This document shows, one piece after another, positions 46,418-57,674 of a DNA stretch of 64,000 nt (positions are counted from its first letter, which is position 1; each line of letters opens with the position of its first letter). Origin of the DNA: Candidatus Omnitrophota bacterium. GTDB taxonomy: Bacteria; Omnitrophota; Omnitrophia; Omnitrophales; JACROU01. The notes below the pieces were generated by a model. It ran no database searches. It was not told the origin of the DNA and saw nothing but the letters and a program-made list of their open reading frames with translations. The position numbers and the translations under genes were made by a program. The stretch is taken from assembly GCA_029261035.1 (NCBI GenBank), contig JAJDCD010000012.1:158776-222775 (forward strand). Direction: 5' to 3'.

Positions 46418-48121
46418 TTATAGGACCAAACCTTCTATTCTCTTATAAAAATCCACTACAGACAGAATTTCAACTTCCCCACTATGACGTGTTTTTAATT
46501 CTACTTTGCCTTCTTTAGCATTTTTAGAGCCAATAATCAGTTGATAAGGCAACCCTATTAAATCAGCATCATTAAATTTGACTCCAGCCCTCTCATTCCT
46601 ATTATCATAAATGACATCGATAGAAGACTTCTTAAAATATTCATACAATTCATTAGCTATAGAGACAACAACCTCATCTGCTTGATTCATAGTAATCATA
46701 TGAAACAAAGCAGGTGCAATAGAAACAGGCCAGCAAATTCCTTTTTCATCATGGTTTTGCTCAATCGCTCCCGCAACCATCCGATTAACCCCTATTCCAT
46801 AGCACCCCATAATAATATCTTGTTCTTTTCCGCTCTTATCAATAAAGCGCGCCTCCAGAGGTTTTGAGTAACGCGTTCCTAACTTAAAAATATGCCCAAT
46901 TTCCATGGCTCTTTTCATTTCGATAACACCATCTTCTGCGGACGGAGACCTTTCGCCAGGTAGAACGGTTCTAACATCCCCATAACTCTCTACGCTACAA
47001 TCTCGATCAAGGTTCACTCCTTTATAGTGCTTATCATTCTGATTAGCACCGGAAACATAGCTTCCCCCTAACTTTAATGCTTCATCACCAACAACTCTAA
47101 TATTCTTTAAACCAACAGGACCACAAAAACCCGTAGAGCAACCGACCCATTTCAAAATTTCTTCATCAGAAGCCAGAACTAATTCCTTTGCATCTAAATA
47201 TTTTTTCAGTTTCAACTCACTAATTTCATGATCTCCACGAACCAAACATGCAACGGGATTTTTATCTGCCACATAAATTATCGTCTTCATCAAATGTGTT
47301 TTTGCTAAATCTAATTTTTTTGAAATTGCTTCTATCGTTTTCAAACCTGGGGTTTCGATCAACAACAACTCTTCTAAGTCAGATGGCTCTGCTAAACTTT
47401 CATTAAAACATGGTACCAGTTCTGGGGTTGATCGGTAATCGGTTTTTGTACAAGAAGCAATGGTATCTTCCCCAAAATCTGCTAAAAGCATAAACTCATG
47501 AGACACATTTCCACCCATTAACCCAGGATCAGCATTTACAACTTCCACATTTAAATGACATCTCTTAAATATGTTTTTATATGCTTGCAGCATTACTTGA
47601 TATGTCTTATCCAAACCTTCCCAATCTGTATCAAAACTGTATGCATCTTTCATAATAAATTCTTTCGATCGTATTACTCCAAATCGGGGCCTCAACTCAT
47701 CTCTAAATTTTGTTTGAATTTGAAACAATGTCATTGGTAGTTCTTTATAACTTTTAACATTATGACTAATCAAATCAGTAATCACCTCTTCATGAGTTGG
47801 ACCCAAAACAAACTCTTGTGCCGATCGATTTTCAAAAGAGATCTTATCTCCACCTAAAGAATCATAGCGTCCTGTTTTTTTCCATAATTCTGCTGGATGA
47901 AGCGCTGGCAACAGCAGTTCCACAGCTCCCACTGAAACCATTTCTTCTCGAATAATCTTTTGAATTTTATTTAAAGCCAAAACTCCCAAAGGCAAATAGC
48001 TGTAAACTCCTGAGGAAAGTTTGCGAACCATGCCCGAACGAATCATCAATTGATGACTAGTTGCTTCAGCATCTTTAGGGATATCTCTTAAGGTTGGAAT
48101 GAGTGTTTCTGTCCATTTCAT
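46418..48121 (-). CDS. proS: Proline--tRNA ligase
   Basis: LGPTHEE, QIQTKFRDELRPRFG, EIGHIFKLGTRYS, MGCYGIG and an editing insertion. Confidence 0.98.
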   Translation of the reverse strand: MKWTETLIPTLRDIPKDAEATSHQLMIRSGMVRKLSSGVYSYLPLGVLALNKIQKIIREEMVSVGAVELLLPALHPAELWKKTGRYDSLGGDKISFENRSAQEFVLGPTHEEVITDLISHNVKSYKELPMTLFQIQTKFRDELRPRFGVIRSKEFIMKDAYSFDTDWEGLDKTYQVMLQAYKNIFKRCHLNVEVVNADPGLMGGNVSHEFMLLADFGEDTIASCTKTDYRSTPELVPCFNESLAEPSDLEELLLIETPGLKTIEAISKKLDLAKTHLMKTIIYVADKNPVACLVRGDHEISELKLKKYLDAKELVLASDEEILKWVGCSTGFCGPVGLKNIRVVGDEALKLGGSYVSGANQNDKHYKGVNLDRDCSVESYGDVRTVLPGERSPSAEDGVIEMKRAMEIGHIFKLGTRYSKPLEARFIDKSGKEQDIIMGCYGIGVNRMVAGAIEQNHDEKGICWPVSIAPALFHMITMNQADEVVVSIANELYEYFKKSSIDVIYDNRNERAGVKFNDADLIGLPYQLIIGSKNAKEGKVELKTRHSGEVEILSVVDFYKRIEGLVL

Positions 48122-48202
48122 TAATTCTGTCCTTTGTCATTAAAACGTGAAGCGTTATTCCTGAAGTGCATTTCACTCTTAAACCAAAAACCAAAAACTG
48201 GT

Positions 48203-49288
48203 TTATTTAAAAAAACCTATAATCCAATCAAAGAATTTTAGGTTCACTAAGTCGTTATACATAACAACCACCATCAAAATCATAAGAAGCAGGAATCCTA
48301 TTTGCGTAGCAATTCCTTGTACTTTCAATGAAACTGGCTTTCTGAAAATAGCTTCTATGGATAGAAAAAGAAAATGACCTCCGTCCAAAGCTGGAAATGG
48401 AAGCATATTAAATATAGCCAAAGTAGCACTAATAAGAGCTGTTAATTGAAGTAAATATACAATCCCCATCTCTGCTGCCTTACCCGTAACAGCAATAATT
48501 CCAATAGGCCCTGCTAAATTTTTAAGAGATAATTGACCTGTAACTAAACGTCCTAATGCTTTTAGTGTGAGTGTTGTCGTATTGTATAAAGTAATACCAC
48601 CCTGCTTGAAAGATTCAGCTACCCCATATTTTTCTATAGCATACTCATCTGACGGTTTAATCCCAATACGTGTTAGCTTCTTCTTGTCGCCAAACATATC
48701 TTCAGCCTCTTCCACCTGAGGCTTGATTACAATTTGCTCAACCTTATTTTCACGTTTAACATTTAAAAGAATTTGGATTGAATCATTTGTTAATATTTGG
48801 CTGGTCAATTCAGTCCAATTTGAAACAGAAACATTGTTTACAGAAATAATTTTATCCCCTACAAGCAAACCACTTTTTTCTGCAGGGTACCCCTCAACAA
48901 AGCCACCAACGGAAGAAGATAGCGTTGGTTTTCCGACCATAAAAATAGCTGAAAATAAAATAAAAGCAACCAAGAAATTCATAAACACCCCACCCGAAAC
49001 AATCACCATACGAGCCCAAAGAGGCGCTTTTAAATAGTCCCCTTCCTTCGGCTCATAATCTTCCCCTAACTCACTCAAATCTTCACCTTGAGGTTTAACA
49101 AAACCCCCAAAAGGAATAGCTGAAATTGTAAAACGGGTTTCTTTTCCCTGCCATGCAAATAGCTCAGGACCAAACCCGATAGAAAACTTCTCTACACGAA
49201 CCCCCGTCATTCGACATGCTATAAAATGACCGCCTTCATGAAGAAAAATCAAAAGTCCTAAAACTAAAATGGTAATAAGAATACTCAT
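48203..49288 (-). CDS. rseP: RIP metalloprotease RseP
   Basis: HEGGH, FSIGFGP, a PDZ domain and NMLPFPALDGG. Confidence 0.96.
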   Translation of the reverse strand: MSILITILVLGLLIFLHEGGHFIACRMTGVRVEKFSIGFGPELFAWQGKETRFTISAIPFGGFVKPQGEDLSELGEDYEPKEGDYLKAPLWARMVIVSGGVFMNFLVAFILFSAIFMVGKPTLSSSVGGFVEGYPAEKSGLLVGDKIISVNNVSVSNWTELTSQILTNDSIQILLNVKRENKVEQIVIKPQVEEAEDMFGDKKKLTRIGIKPSDEYAIEKYGVAESFKQGGITLYNTTTLTLKALGRLVTGQLSLKNLAGPIGIIAVTGKAAEMGIVYLLQLTALISATLAIFNMLPFPALDGGHFLFLSIEAIFRKPVSLKVQGIATQIGFLLLMILMVVVMYNDLVNLKFFDWIIGFFK

Positions 49289-49313
49289 TTACATACCTTC
49301 CTTTTTTATTTAC

Positions 49314-50507
49314 CTAAGCTGTTTTACTACAAATATTATTAGATTTCATTTCATAAATAAGCTGAGCTGCTATTTTGCGAGCCCATCCATCTGCTGTTAA
49401 CACTTCTTCTAAATTAGGCTTCTTAACCCCTTCATGCTGCTTAAGAACAGCTTCTATAACCACAGGAATTTGGGTGAAAAGAATTTTATTTTTCAAGAAC
49501 TGGTCGACACAAACTTCATTCGCAGCATTTAAAACACAAGGGAAAGTCCCTCCTTTTTCTCCAGCTTCATATGCCAATCTTAAACATGGGAATTTTCCCA
49601 TATCAGGCTTCATAAAATTTAGCTGCTTTACATCAGAAAGATTTAAAGACAAACCTTTCATAGGAATTCGTTTAGGGTAAGATAATGCAAATTGAATGGG
49701 TAACTTCATGTCCGTTGCCGCAATCTGAGCCAACTGAGAACCATCTACAAATTCACTCAAAGCATGAACTACAGCCTCTGGGTGAATCAAAACATGAATT
49801 TGGTCAAAATTAAATTGAAACAAACTATTTGCTTCAATAACTTCTAACCCCTTATTCATTAAAGTTGCAGAATCTACTGAAATCTTTTGTCCCATACTCC
49901 ACTTTGGATGTTTTACAGCTTCTTCTGGAGTTATTTCTGAAAAAGTTTCTTCGTCTCTATTTAAGAAGGGCCCTCCTGAAGCAGTAAGATAAATAGAAGA
50001 AATTTCATTTCGACTCCGGTCTTGTATACACTGAAACACCCCGCTATGCTCACTATCAACTGGAATCAGATGCACCCCATGTTCACGAACTAAATCATGA
50101 ATAAGTTCGCCCGCCATAACTAAGGGTTCTTTATTTGCTAAAGCAATATGTTTTTTAGCCTCAATTGCTTTTACAAGAGGCACTAATCCTTGAGCTCCCA
50201 TCAAAGCAAGCAACACTTGATCTACTTCCGGATGTGTAACGGCCGCAATAAGCCCTGCAGCCCCAGAGTAAACTTCTATGGGTTCTGAGTATTCCTTTGT
50301 CAATTTCTGACAAAACAAATCCTTCTTATCTTCATCATGAACAACAACTAATTTAGGCTTAAACTTAACAACCTGTTCGAAAAGCAAATCAATACTCGTA
50401 TTCACCGCTAAAGCATAAACAGAGAATTCATCCGGGTGTTGAGAAATAACTTCCAGCGCATTTTTACCAATCGAGCCTGTTGACCCAATAATACAAACTT
50501 GTCTCAT
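49314..50507 (-). CDS. dxr: 1-deoxy-D-xylulose 5-phosphate reductoisomerase
   Basis: GSTGSIG, LANKE, PVDSEH and HPKWSMGQKISVDSATLMNKGLE. Confidence 0.98.
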   Translation of the reverse strand: MRQVCIIGSTGSIGKNALEVISQHPDEFSVYALAVNTSIDLLFEQVVKFKPKLVVVHDEDKKDLFCQKLTKEYSEPIEVYSGAAGLIAAVTHPEVDQVLLALMGAQGLVPLVKAIEAKKHIALANKEPLVMAGELIHDLVREHGVHLIPVDSEHSGVFQCIQDRSRNEISSIYLTASGGPFLNRDEETFSEITPEEAVKHPKWSMGQKISVDSATLMNKGLEVIEANSLFQFNFDQIHVLIHPEAVVHALSEFVDGSQLAQIAATDMKLPIQFALSYPKRIPMKGLSLNLSDVKQLNFMKPDMGKFPCLRLAYEAGEKGGTFPCVLNAANEVCVDQFLKNKILFTQIPVVIEAVLKQHEGVKKPNLEEVLTADGWARKIAAQLIYEMKSNNICSKTA

Positions 50508-50522
50508 TATTTTTTCCTAAAA

Positions 50523-51341
50523 TTAAAATCTAGATATGGCATTTAAACCAACAAATGCCGTCAGGTAATAGTATGTAAAGGGTACGGTAAAAAGCAAACT
50601 ATCCATCATGTCCAGAACACCACCCAATCCAGGAATAATACCCGAATCTTTAACATTCACATCTCTCTTAATTAAACTCTCTGCCAAGTCTCCTAATTGA
50701 GACAACAAGCCTAAAACAATACCCAAAACCAATAAATGTATAAAATGAACTCCTTCTATAAAAAACCCTGCACATAAGGATACAACAATGGAAGCTATAA
50801 AATTAGCCACAGCCCCTTCAATTGTCTTATTGGGGCTAATATGCGGAACTAAAGGACGCTTCCCAAACCAGTTACCAACAAAGTACGCTGCTGTGTCTCC
50901 TAATTTGGTAACACAAAGAATATAAGCAACCCAAAACGTTCCATCTTCCAAATATTTAACTTTCGTAACGAAAGAAAAAAGCCAAGCTATATAAAAAATA
51001 CCAAAAACGGTTACCGCGGTGCTAATAAGAGAATTTGACTTAAGAGATCTATGGAAGTTGAAAATAAATAAACAGAGGATGGTCACTAAAATAATTACAG
51101 ATTCTCCTTGAAAAAAAATGGAGAAAGGCAAAATAGCTCCAAAAATCAAGCCAAGGACTTTATTTATAAATATGCCCTTCTTCTCTGCCATCTGATAAAA
51201 CTCGTATAAAGCTAACAAAGAAAAAGCTTCAACCATGACAAAGAAAAACCAATTAGGCGCAAAAAAAACGGCATAGGTACATAAGGATATAAAAAATGCG
51301 GAAAATAAAAGTCTTTTAGTTAGAGAAGTTTGTCCGGCCAA
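50523..51341 (-). CDS. cdsA: Phosphatidate cytidylyltransferase
   Basis: DTAAYFVG, ISPNKTIEG and GDLAESLIKR..VKDSG..PGLGGVLD. Start placed at TTG 51341, overlapping the uppS end; the ORF track start at 51416 looks too far upstream. Confidence 0.93.
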   Translation of the reverse strand: MAGQTSLTKRLLFSAFFISLCTYAVFFAPNWFFFVMVEAFSLLALYEFYQMAEKKGIFINKVLGLIFGAILPFSIFFQGESVIILVTILCLFIFNFHRSLKSNSLISTAVTVFGIFYIAWLFSFVTKVKYLEDGTFWVAYILCVTKLGDTAAYFVGNWFGKRPLVPHISPNKTIEGAVANFIASIVVSLCAGFFIEGVHFIHLLVLGIVLGLLSQLGDLAESLIKRDVNVKDSGIIPGLGGVLDMMDSLLFTVPFTYYYLTAFVGLNAISRF

Positions 51342-52092
51342 AGCGACGCTCTCTTTTTTGAAAGGATTGAATTGCATTAAGAAAATTTTGTTTTCTGAAA
51401 TCAGGCCAGAAAACATCTGTTACAAAAATTTCAGTATAAGACAATTGCCATAGCAAAAAATTACTTACCCTCATCTCTCCACTGGTACGAATCAGAAAGT
51501 CTGGGTCTGGCATATCTTTGGTGTACAAATGCTGTTGAATAACTTCTTCATTAATATCTTCAGGACTCAGAATACCGTCTTTAACTTTAAGAGCTAAATC
51601 CTTCATCGCGTCTACAATTTCGCAACGACTGGAATAACTTAAAGCTAAAGTTAAGGTTAACCCTGTATTGTTTTCAGTCTCTTTCACATTGAAAGCAATT
51701 TTCTTTTGAATTTCTTTTGGTAATGTATGAATTCGACCAATCACTTGAAACCGAACATTGTTTTTCGTCAGAGTCTTCAATTCTTTGTCTAAATAATCAG
51801 ATAAAAGATGCATCAAAACATCAATTTCCAGCTTAGGTCTTTGCCAATTCTCTGTCGAAAACGCATATAAAGTTAAGTACTGAATCCCTAAGTCGCAAGA
51901 AGCTGTAACCACTTCACGGATGCTTTCAACCCCAGCCTGATGTCCTTGGATACGCTTTAAACTCTTAGACTCAGCCCATCGCCCATTCCCATCCATAATA
52001 ATAGCAATATGAGCAGGCAAACCTTCCTTGCTTTCAGAAACCCCTGATTCAAAATTACTCTGTGTCATATCTTTAAAAATAGATTTAATCAT
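51316..52092 (-). CDS. uppS: Isoprenyl transferase (undecaprenyl diphosphate synthase)
   Basis: HIAIIMDGNGRWA, YAFSTENW and IRTSGEMRVSNFLLWQ. The true start may be the Met at 52068. Confidence 0.97.
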   Translation of the reverse strand: MIKSIFKDMTQSNFESGVSESKEGLPAHIAIIMDGNGRWAESKSLKRIQGHQAGVESIREVVTASCDLGIQYLTLYAFSTENWQRPKLEIDVLMHLLSDYLDKELKTLTKNNVRFQVIGRIHTLPKEIQKKIAFNVKETENNTGLTLTLALSYSSRCEIVDAMKDLALKVKDGILSPEDINEEVIQQHLYTKDMPDPDFLIRTSGEMRVSNFLLWQLSYTEIFVTDVFWPDFRKQNFLNAIQSFQKRERRFGRTNFSN

Positions 52093-52099
52093 TTATTAT

Positions 52100-53386
<1,287 letters not shown>

Positions 53387-53408
53387 TTAATTATTCCAAA
53401 CAGTAAAC

Positions 53409-53437
53409 GAGCGGGTCACTGCTTAGTAAACCCGCTC
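53409..53437. other. Intergenic stem-loop between serA and purA
   Basis: gagcgggt...acccgctc stem with no clean U-tract. Confidence 0.5.
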
Positions 53438-53461
53438 TAAACTTTAAGGCCTAATAAAAAT

Positions 53462-55114
53462 TTATAAACTTAATAACTTAACATCAATAACCTTGGAAGC
53501 ACTCTTTATTTCATCTAAAACAGCCGAGCTCACATCGCTATCTGTATTGATAACAGTAATAGCTTTAGCACCTTCTTCATTTCTACCCAAAGTCATTTCT
53601 GCAATATTAATATTATTGTTCGCAAGAATGGTTCCTATCTCACCCACAACGCCTGGTTTATCTTCATTCTCAACAACCAGAATATTCCCTTTAGGAACTG
53701 CATCCAAAAAGAAATTATCAATTTTCACAATTCGAGAATCTGTTTTACCAAAAAGCGTTCCCACAATGACATGAGACCCTTTATCCATTACTATTTCAAC
53801 AGAAATGAAATTAGCAAAATCTTCCAATTGAGAAGTCTTGCTCTCATTAATCGTAATCCCTCGTTCTTTAGCAAACAAAGGAGCGTTAACATAATTAACA
53901 ACACCTTCCCCACAAAAAGGCTCTAACAATCCCTTAACTGCAGCTAGAGTAAGAGGCGCTAGAGGAAATTGAGTCACTTCCCCACTATACTTCAAATTGA
54001 CTTCTTTAATACTCCCGGCAAAAAGCTGCGCTTGTGCTTTTCCAAGTTTTTCAGCCAACTTAATCCAAGGCCTCAATATCTCCATCGATTTTATGTCTAA
54101 CGAAGGCATGTTTACTGCGTTTTTAATTTCGCGTCCTAAAAGAACGTCCACAACCTGCTTCACAACGGCGACAGAAACGTTTTCTTGAGCTTCTGCTGTA
54201 GAGGCCCCTAAATGAGGAGTCGCAATCACCTCGTCTAAATCTAATAGTGGGTTTTCGAGTGGAGGTTCACTCTCAAAAACGTCCAGAGCAGCTCCTTTTA
54301 CTTTTCCGCTTTTAATAGCATCATACAAATCCTTCTCATTAATGATACCGCCACGAGCACAGTTTATTATCCGAACTCCATCTTTCATTTGCGCAAAAGT
54401 TTTTTTATTTAACATATGTTTTGTATCATTTGTTAACGGTGTGTGAAGAGTAATATAATCTGCCTTTGCATAAATTTCATCTAGCGTTGTTATTTCAACA
54501 CTCAAATCAGAAAAAGTTGTATTAGCAGCAATAAAGGGATCGTACGCCAATATATTCATACCAAAGCTCTGCAACCGCTTCGCCACTTCACGACCAATAC
54601 GACCAAACCCAACAACTCCCAAAGTTTTTCCGTAAATTTCACTCCCTTGAAACTTTCCACGTTTCCACTCTTTATCTCTAACGGAAACATGCGCTTGAGG
54701 AATATTTCGATTTAATGACAACAACATACTAACGGTATGCTCACAGGTGGAAATGGTATTCCCTTCTGGAGTATTCATCACAATAATACCTTTTTTGGTC
54801 GCTGCTTTTATATCTACGTTGTCTACTCCAACACCAGCCCTACCAATAACTTTAAGTCGATCTGCTTTTTCTATTAATTCCGCAGTTACTTTTGTGCCAC
54901 TGCGAACAAGTAAAGCGTCATAATTACCAATAATATTTTTCAATTCTTCAGGGTCTAATTTAGGCTTTACATCAAACTCTATTTCTGTTTGCTCTTTCAA
55001 TAATTCTAAACCTTTATCCCCCAAAGGATCTGAAATTAATATTTTCATTTTCTCTATTCCCTTATCCGGATCGATCTCTCGACTAGTTTTTTGGACTGTT
55101 TCTACTGACATCAT
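53462..55114 (-). CDS. serA: D-3-phosphoglycerate dehydrogenase (long type with ACT domain)
   Basis: GRAGVGVDNVD, GFGRIG, INCARGG, TPHLGAST and C-terminal DKPGVVG ACT domain. Confidence 0.97.
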   Translation of the reverse strand: MMSVETVQKTSREIDPDKGIEKMKILISDPLGDKGLELLKEQTEIEFDVKPKLDPEELKNIIGNYDALLVRSGTKVTAELIEKADRLKVIGRAGVGVDNVDIKAATKKGIIVMNTPEGNTISTCEHTVSMLLSLNRNIPQAHVSVRDKEWKRGKFQGSEIYGKTLGVVGFGRIGREVAKRLQSFGMNILAYDPFIAANTTFSDLSVEITTLDEIYAKADYITLHTPLTNDTKHMLNKKTFAQMKDGVRIINCARGGIINEKDLYDAIKSGKVKGAALDVFESEPPLENPLLDLDEVIATPHLGASTAEAQENVSVAVVKQVVDVLLGREIKNAVNMPSLDIKSMEILRPWIKLAEKLGKAQAQLFAGSIKEVNLKYSGEVTQFPLAPLTLAAVKGLLEPFCGEGVVNYVNAPLFAKERGITINESKTSQLEDFANFISVEIVMDKGSHVIVGTLFGKTDSRIVKIDNFFLDAVPKGNILVVENEDKPGVVGEIGTILANNNINIAEMTLGRNEEGAKAITVINTDSDVSSAVLDEIKSASKVIDVKLLSL

Positions 55115-55127
55115 TTTCCTTTTTAAA

Positions 55128-55733
55128 TTATTTTTTCTTTGGAACGACAGGAGCTGCTTCTATTACAGAATCCACTAAGCCATACGCAGCCGCTTCTGCA
55201 CCTGTAAGAAAGTAGTCTCTATCTGTATCTTGTTCTATTTTTTCAAAAGGTTGCCCTGAATGATGGGCTAAAATATGATTCAACTCGTCTTTCAACTTCA
55301 ATATTTCCTTAGCTTGGATATGGATATCTGAAGCAGTTCCTTGAGCTCCTCCCCACGGTTGGTGAATCATAACCCTAGAATGAGGAAGCGCGTATCTTTT
55401 TCCCTTAGTCCCCGCTGTTAAAAGAACAGCTCCCATACTCGCCGCCATACCCACACAATAAGTAGCTACATCACATTTAATAAACTGCATCGTATCGTAA
55501 ATAGCAAGTCCTGCACTCACAGACCCACCCGGAGAATTTACATAAATATTAATATCTTTATCCGGATCTTCCATTTGCAAAAAGAGTAATTGAGCAATAA
55601 TTAAGTTTGCAACCATATCATCAATTCCAGAACCAATAAAAATAATTCTATCTTTTAACAAACGACTATAAATATCGTAAGAACGTTCACCTCTACCCGT
55701 TTGTTCAATTACCATAGGAACCAAAGTACTCAT
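55128..55733 (-). CDS. clpP: ATP-dependent Clp protease proteolytic subunit
   Basis: [27 protein letters not shown] and DRD. Confidence 0.98.
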   Translation of the reverse strand: MSTLVPMVIEQTGRGERSYDIYSRLLKDRIIFIGSGIDDMVANLIIAQLLFLQMEDPDKDINIYVNSPGGSVSAGLAIYDTMQFIKCDVATYCVGMAASMGAVLLTAGTKGKRYALPHSRVMIHQPWGGAQGTASDIHIQAKEILKLKDELNHILAHHSGQPFEKIEQDTDRDYFLTGAEAAAYGLVDSVIEAAPVVPKKK

Positions 55734-55767
55734 AAAACCCTCCTCAAAATGTTATCTTCTAATTAAA

Positions 55768-57036
55768 CTAAGAATTTTCTATTGTCGCCTTATCTTTAAT
55801 CAATTGAATTACTTTTTCATTTAATATTTGATTCACAAGACCACTAATCTGATCCTGCCCTTTGAAATGTTCTTGAATTTTTTCTACTGGAACATGATAT
55901 TGCACAGACATTTTCTGAAACTGTGTATCTAAGTCCGACTTTTCAACTTTAATATTTTCTTTTTCTGCTACCTTTTCCAAAATAAAAGCTAATCGAACTT
56001 GTTTTTCAGCTTCGGGTTTTAAATCTTTTCTCAAACGATCCACTTGTTTTTCAGCTTCTTCTTGTTTTTGTCCACTTTGCATCAAACGCTGAACACCATC
56101 AGAAACCATTTTCTTCAAATGTCGGTCAACAACTCCTCGAGATACCTGAAAAGAGTTTTTCTCTATCAATCGATCCATAAGATCACGCTCTACCTGACTC
56201 TGAAGTTCCTGATCTTTCTGTTTCTTAATATCATCTTCAATTGCTTTTTTAAATTCATCGACCGTCTTGTAACCTCCAGCTTTATTAGCCAAGTCATCAT
56301 TAAGCTCAGGCACTTTTTTAATTTTGACGTCTTTTACTGTAATCCAAAATTCAGCTTCTTTGTTTTTAAGCTCTGGATTAGGGTGATCTTTTGAAATTGC
56401 GATTTTAAAATTTTTAGTTTCACCTGCCTTAACACCTACTAGATGTTTGGGGAAATCTCCTAAATAATCAATGTCTTTTATCTGGATCATCTCTTCCTTA
56501 TGATCTTCTTTTGGCTTATCCCCAAATTGAGTTTCGTAGTCTGCTATTAAAAAATCATCTAACTCAGCAGCTCGATCTACAGGCTCAAAAGAAGACAATG
56601 AATCACGAACTCTTTCTACCACAGAATTTATTTCCTCTTCTTTAACTTCAACACTTGGTTTCTTTACTTTAATTCCAGAATAATCAGCAACTTCAACCTC
56701 AGGCTCTAACTCAACATCAACCTTAAATGTCAATTCTGTATCTAAAAAATTTACATCTTTAACATTAGGATACGAAATAAGCTTCAATCCTTCAGAATCA
56801 GAAATTTTTTTCACAGCAAAAGATATAATCTTTCGAAGAACTTCCTCTTGTGCTTTATCTGCAAAATGCTCCTCAATGACTTTACGAGGAGCCTTCCCTT
56901 TTCTAAACCCAGGCAAATTAGCATCTTTTGCCGCTTCATCAAAAAACTCTGTCCGTACCTCTGTGATAATTTCCGGCCCTACCTTTATTGTGATTTCTTT
57001 TTCACAAGCTTGCACATCTTTAACTGAATATTCCAT
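55768..57036 (-). CDS. tig: Trigger factor
   Basis: PGFRKGKAP ribosome-binding motif and position next to clpP. Start corrected to MEYSVKD at 57036, because the longer ORF-track start overlaps tRNA-Gly. Confidence 0.95.
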   Translation of the reverse strand: MEYSVKDVQACEKEITIKVGPEIITEVRTEFFDEAAKDANLPGFRKGKAPRKVIEEHFADKAQEEVLRKIISFAVKKISDSEGLKLISYPNVKDVNFLDTELTFKVDVELEPEVEVADYSGIKVKKPSVEVKEEEINSVVERVRDSLSSFEPVDRAAELDDFLIADYETQFGDKPKEDHKEEMIQIKDIDYLGDFPKHLVGVKAGETKNFKIAISKDHPNPELKNKEAEFWITVKDVKIKKVPELNDDLANKAGGYKTVDEFKKAIEDDIKKQKDQELQSQVERDLMDRLIEKNSFQVSRGVVDRHLKKMVSDGVQRLMQSGQKQEEAEKQVDRLRKDLKPEAEKQVRLAFILEKVAEKENIKVEKSDLDTQFQKMSVQYHVPVEKIQEHFKGQDQISGLVNQILNEKVIQLIKDKATIENS

Positions 57037-57069
57037 GAGTCTTTCTCTCTTTCTTAAGTATTTATAAAC

Positions 57070-57144
57070 TGGAGCGAGCGAAGGGATTTGAACCCTCGAC
57101 ATCAACCTTGGCAAGGTTGCGCTCTACCACTGAGCTACGCTCGC
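57070..57144 (-). tRNA. tRNA-Gly(GCC)
   Basis: GCGAGCGTAGCTCAGTGGTAGAGCGCAACCTTGCCAAGGTTG...GTTCAAATCCCTTCGCTCGCTCCA folds as a cloverleaf with encoded CCA. Confidence 0.97.
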
Positions 57145-57256
57145 ACTGATATACGGGGTACATCCATACCCCACACATATTGATTGACTGATGCCCAAAT
57201 ACTCTAAATGTGCTAAAACACACGTATTAAGGCAAAGTCCCACAATCAAACTAGAC

Positions 57257-57285
57257 ATTTTATATAGGAATCAAACCCTTGTCTA
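57257..57285 (-). promoter_or_regulatory. Sigma70-type promoter for the tRNA-Gly/tig/clpP cluster
   Basis: Minus strand TAGACA-N17-TAAAAT. Confidence 0.65.
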
Positions 57286-57302
57286 CTATTATTAGAGGCT
57301 AT

Positions 57303-57674
57303 TTAAGGACATATTTCGGAGTTTAGAACTTTTTCTACTTCTTCTTGTAACCGGATTAAATTAAAGGGTTTAGATAAAAAGGAATCACAACCCAATTTTT
57401 TTGCATTTTCTTTAACTGTGAAATCGATATACCCGGTATTCACAATCACTTTACTCTTCTTATTAGAGGCTTTCATTTCTTTTAAGACCTCTAGTCCAGA
57501 TATGTCTGGCAGCTTCAAATCAAGTAAAATAAGGTCAAAATCGCCACTGTCAAATAGGTCCAATCCCTTCCGACCCGTATCTGCAACGGCAACTTGGAAG
57601 CCTTCATCTTCGAAAAACAGCTTCACTTCCTGAATAATGTCTTCTTCGTCATCAATGACTAATAGTTTCTTCAT
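57303..57674 (-). CDS. Single-domain response regulator (CheY-like receiver)
   Basis: LLVIDDE, LLDLKLPDISG, TGY and KPF motifs. Start taken at MKKLL (57674). Confidence 0.93.
   Translation of the reverse strand: MKKLLVIDDEEDIIQEVKLFFEDEGFQVAVADTGRKGLDLFDSGDFDLILLDLKLPDISGLEVLKEMKASNKKSKVIVNTGYIDFTVKENAKKLGCDSFLSKPFNLIRLQEEVEKVLNSEICP

Noticed and set aside
57037-57114. N-terminal extension of trigger factor given in the ORF track
   Set aside because: It overlaps tRNA-Gly; the Met at 57036 gives a normal-length protein.
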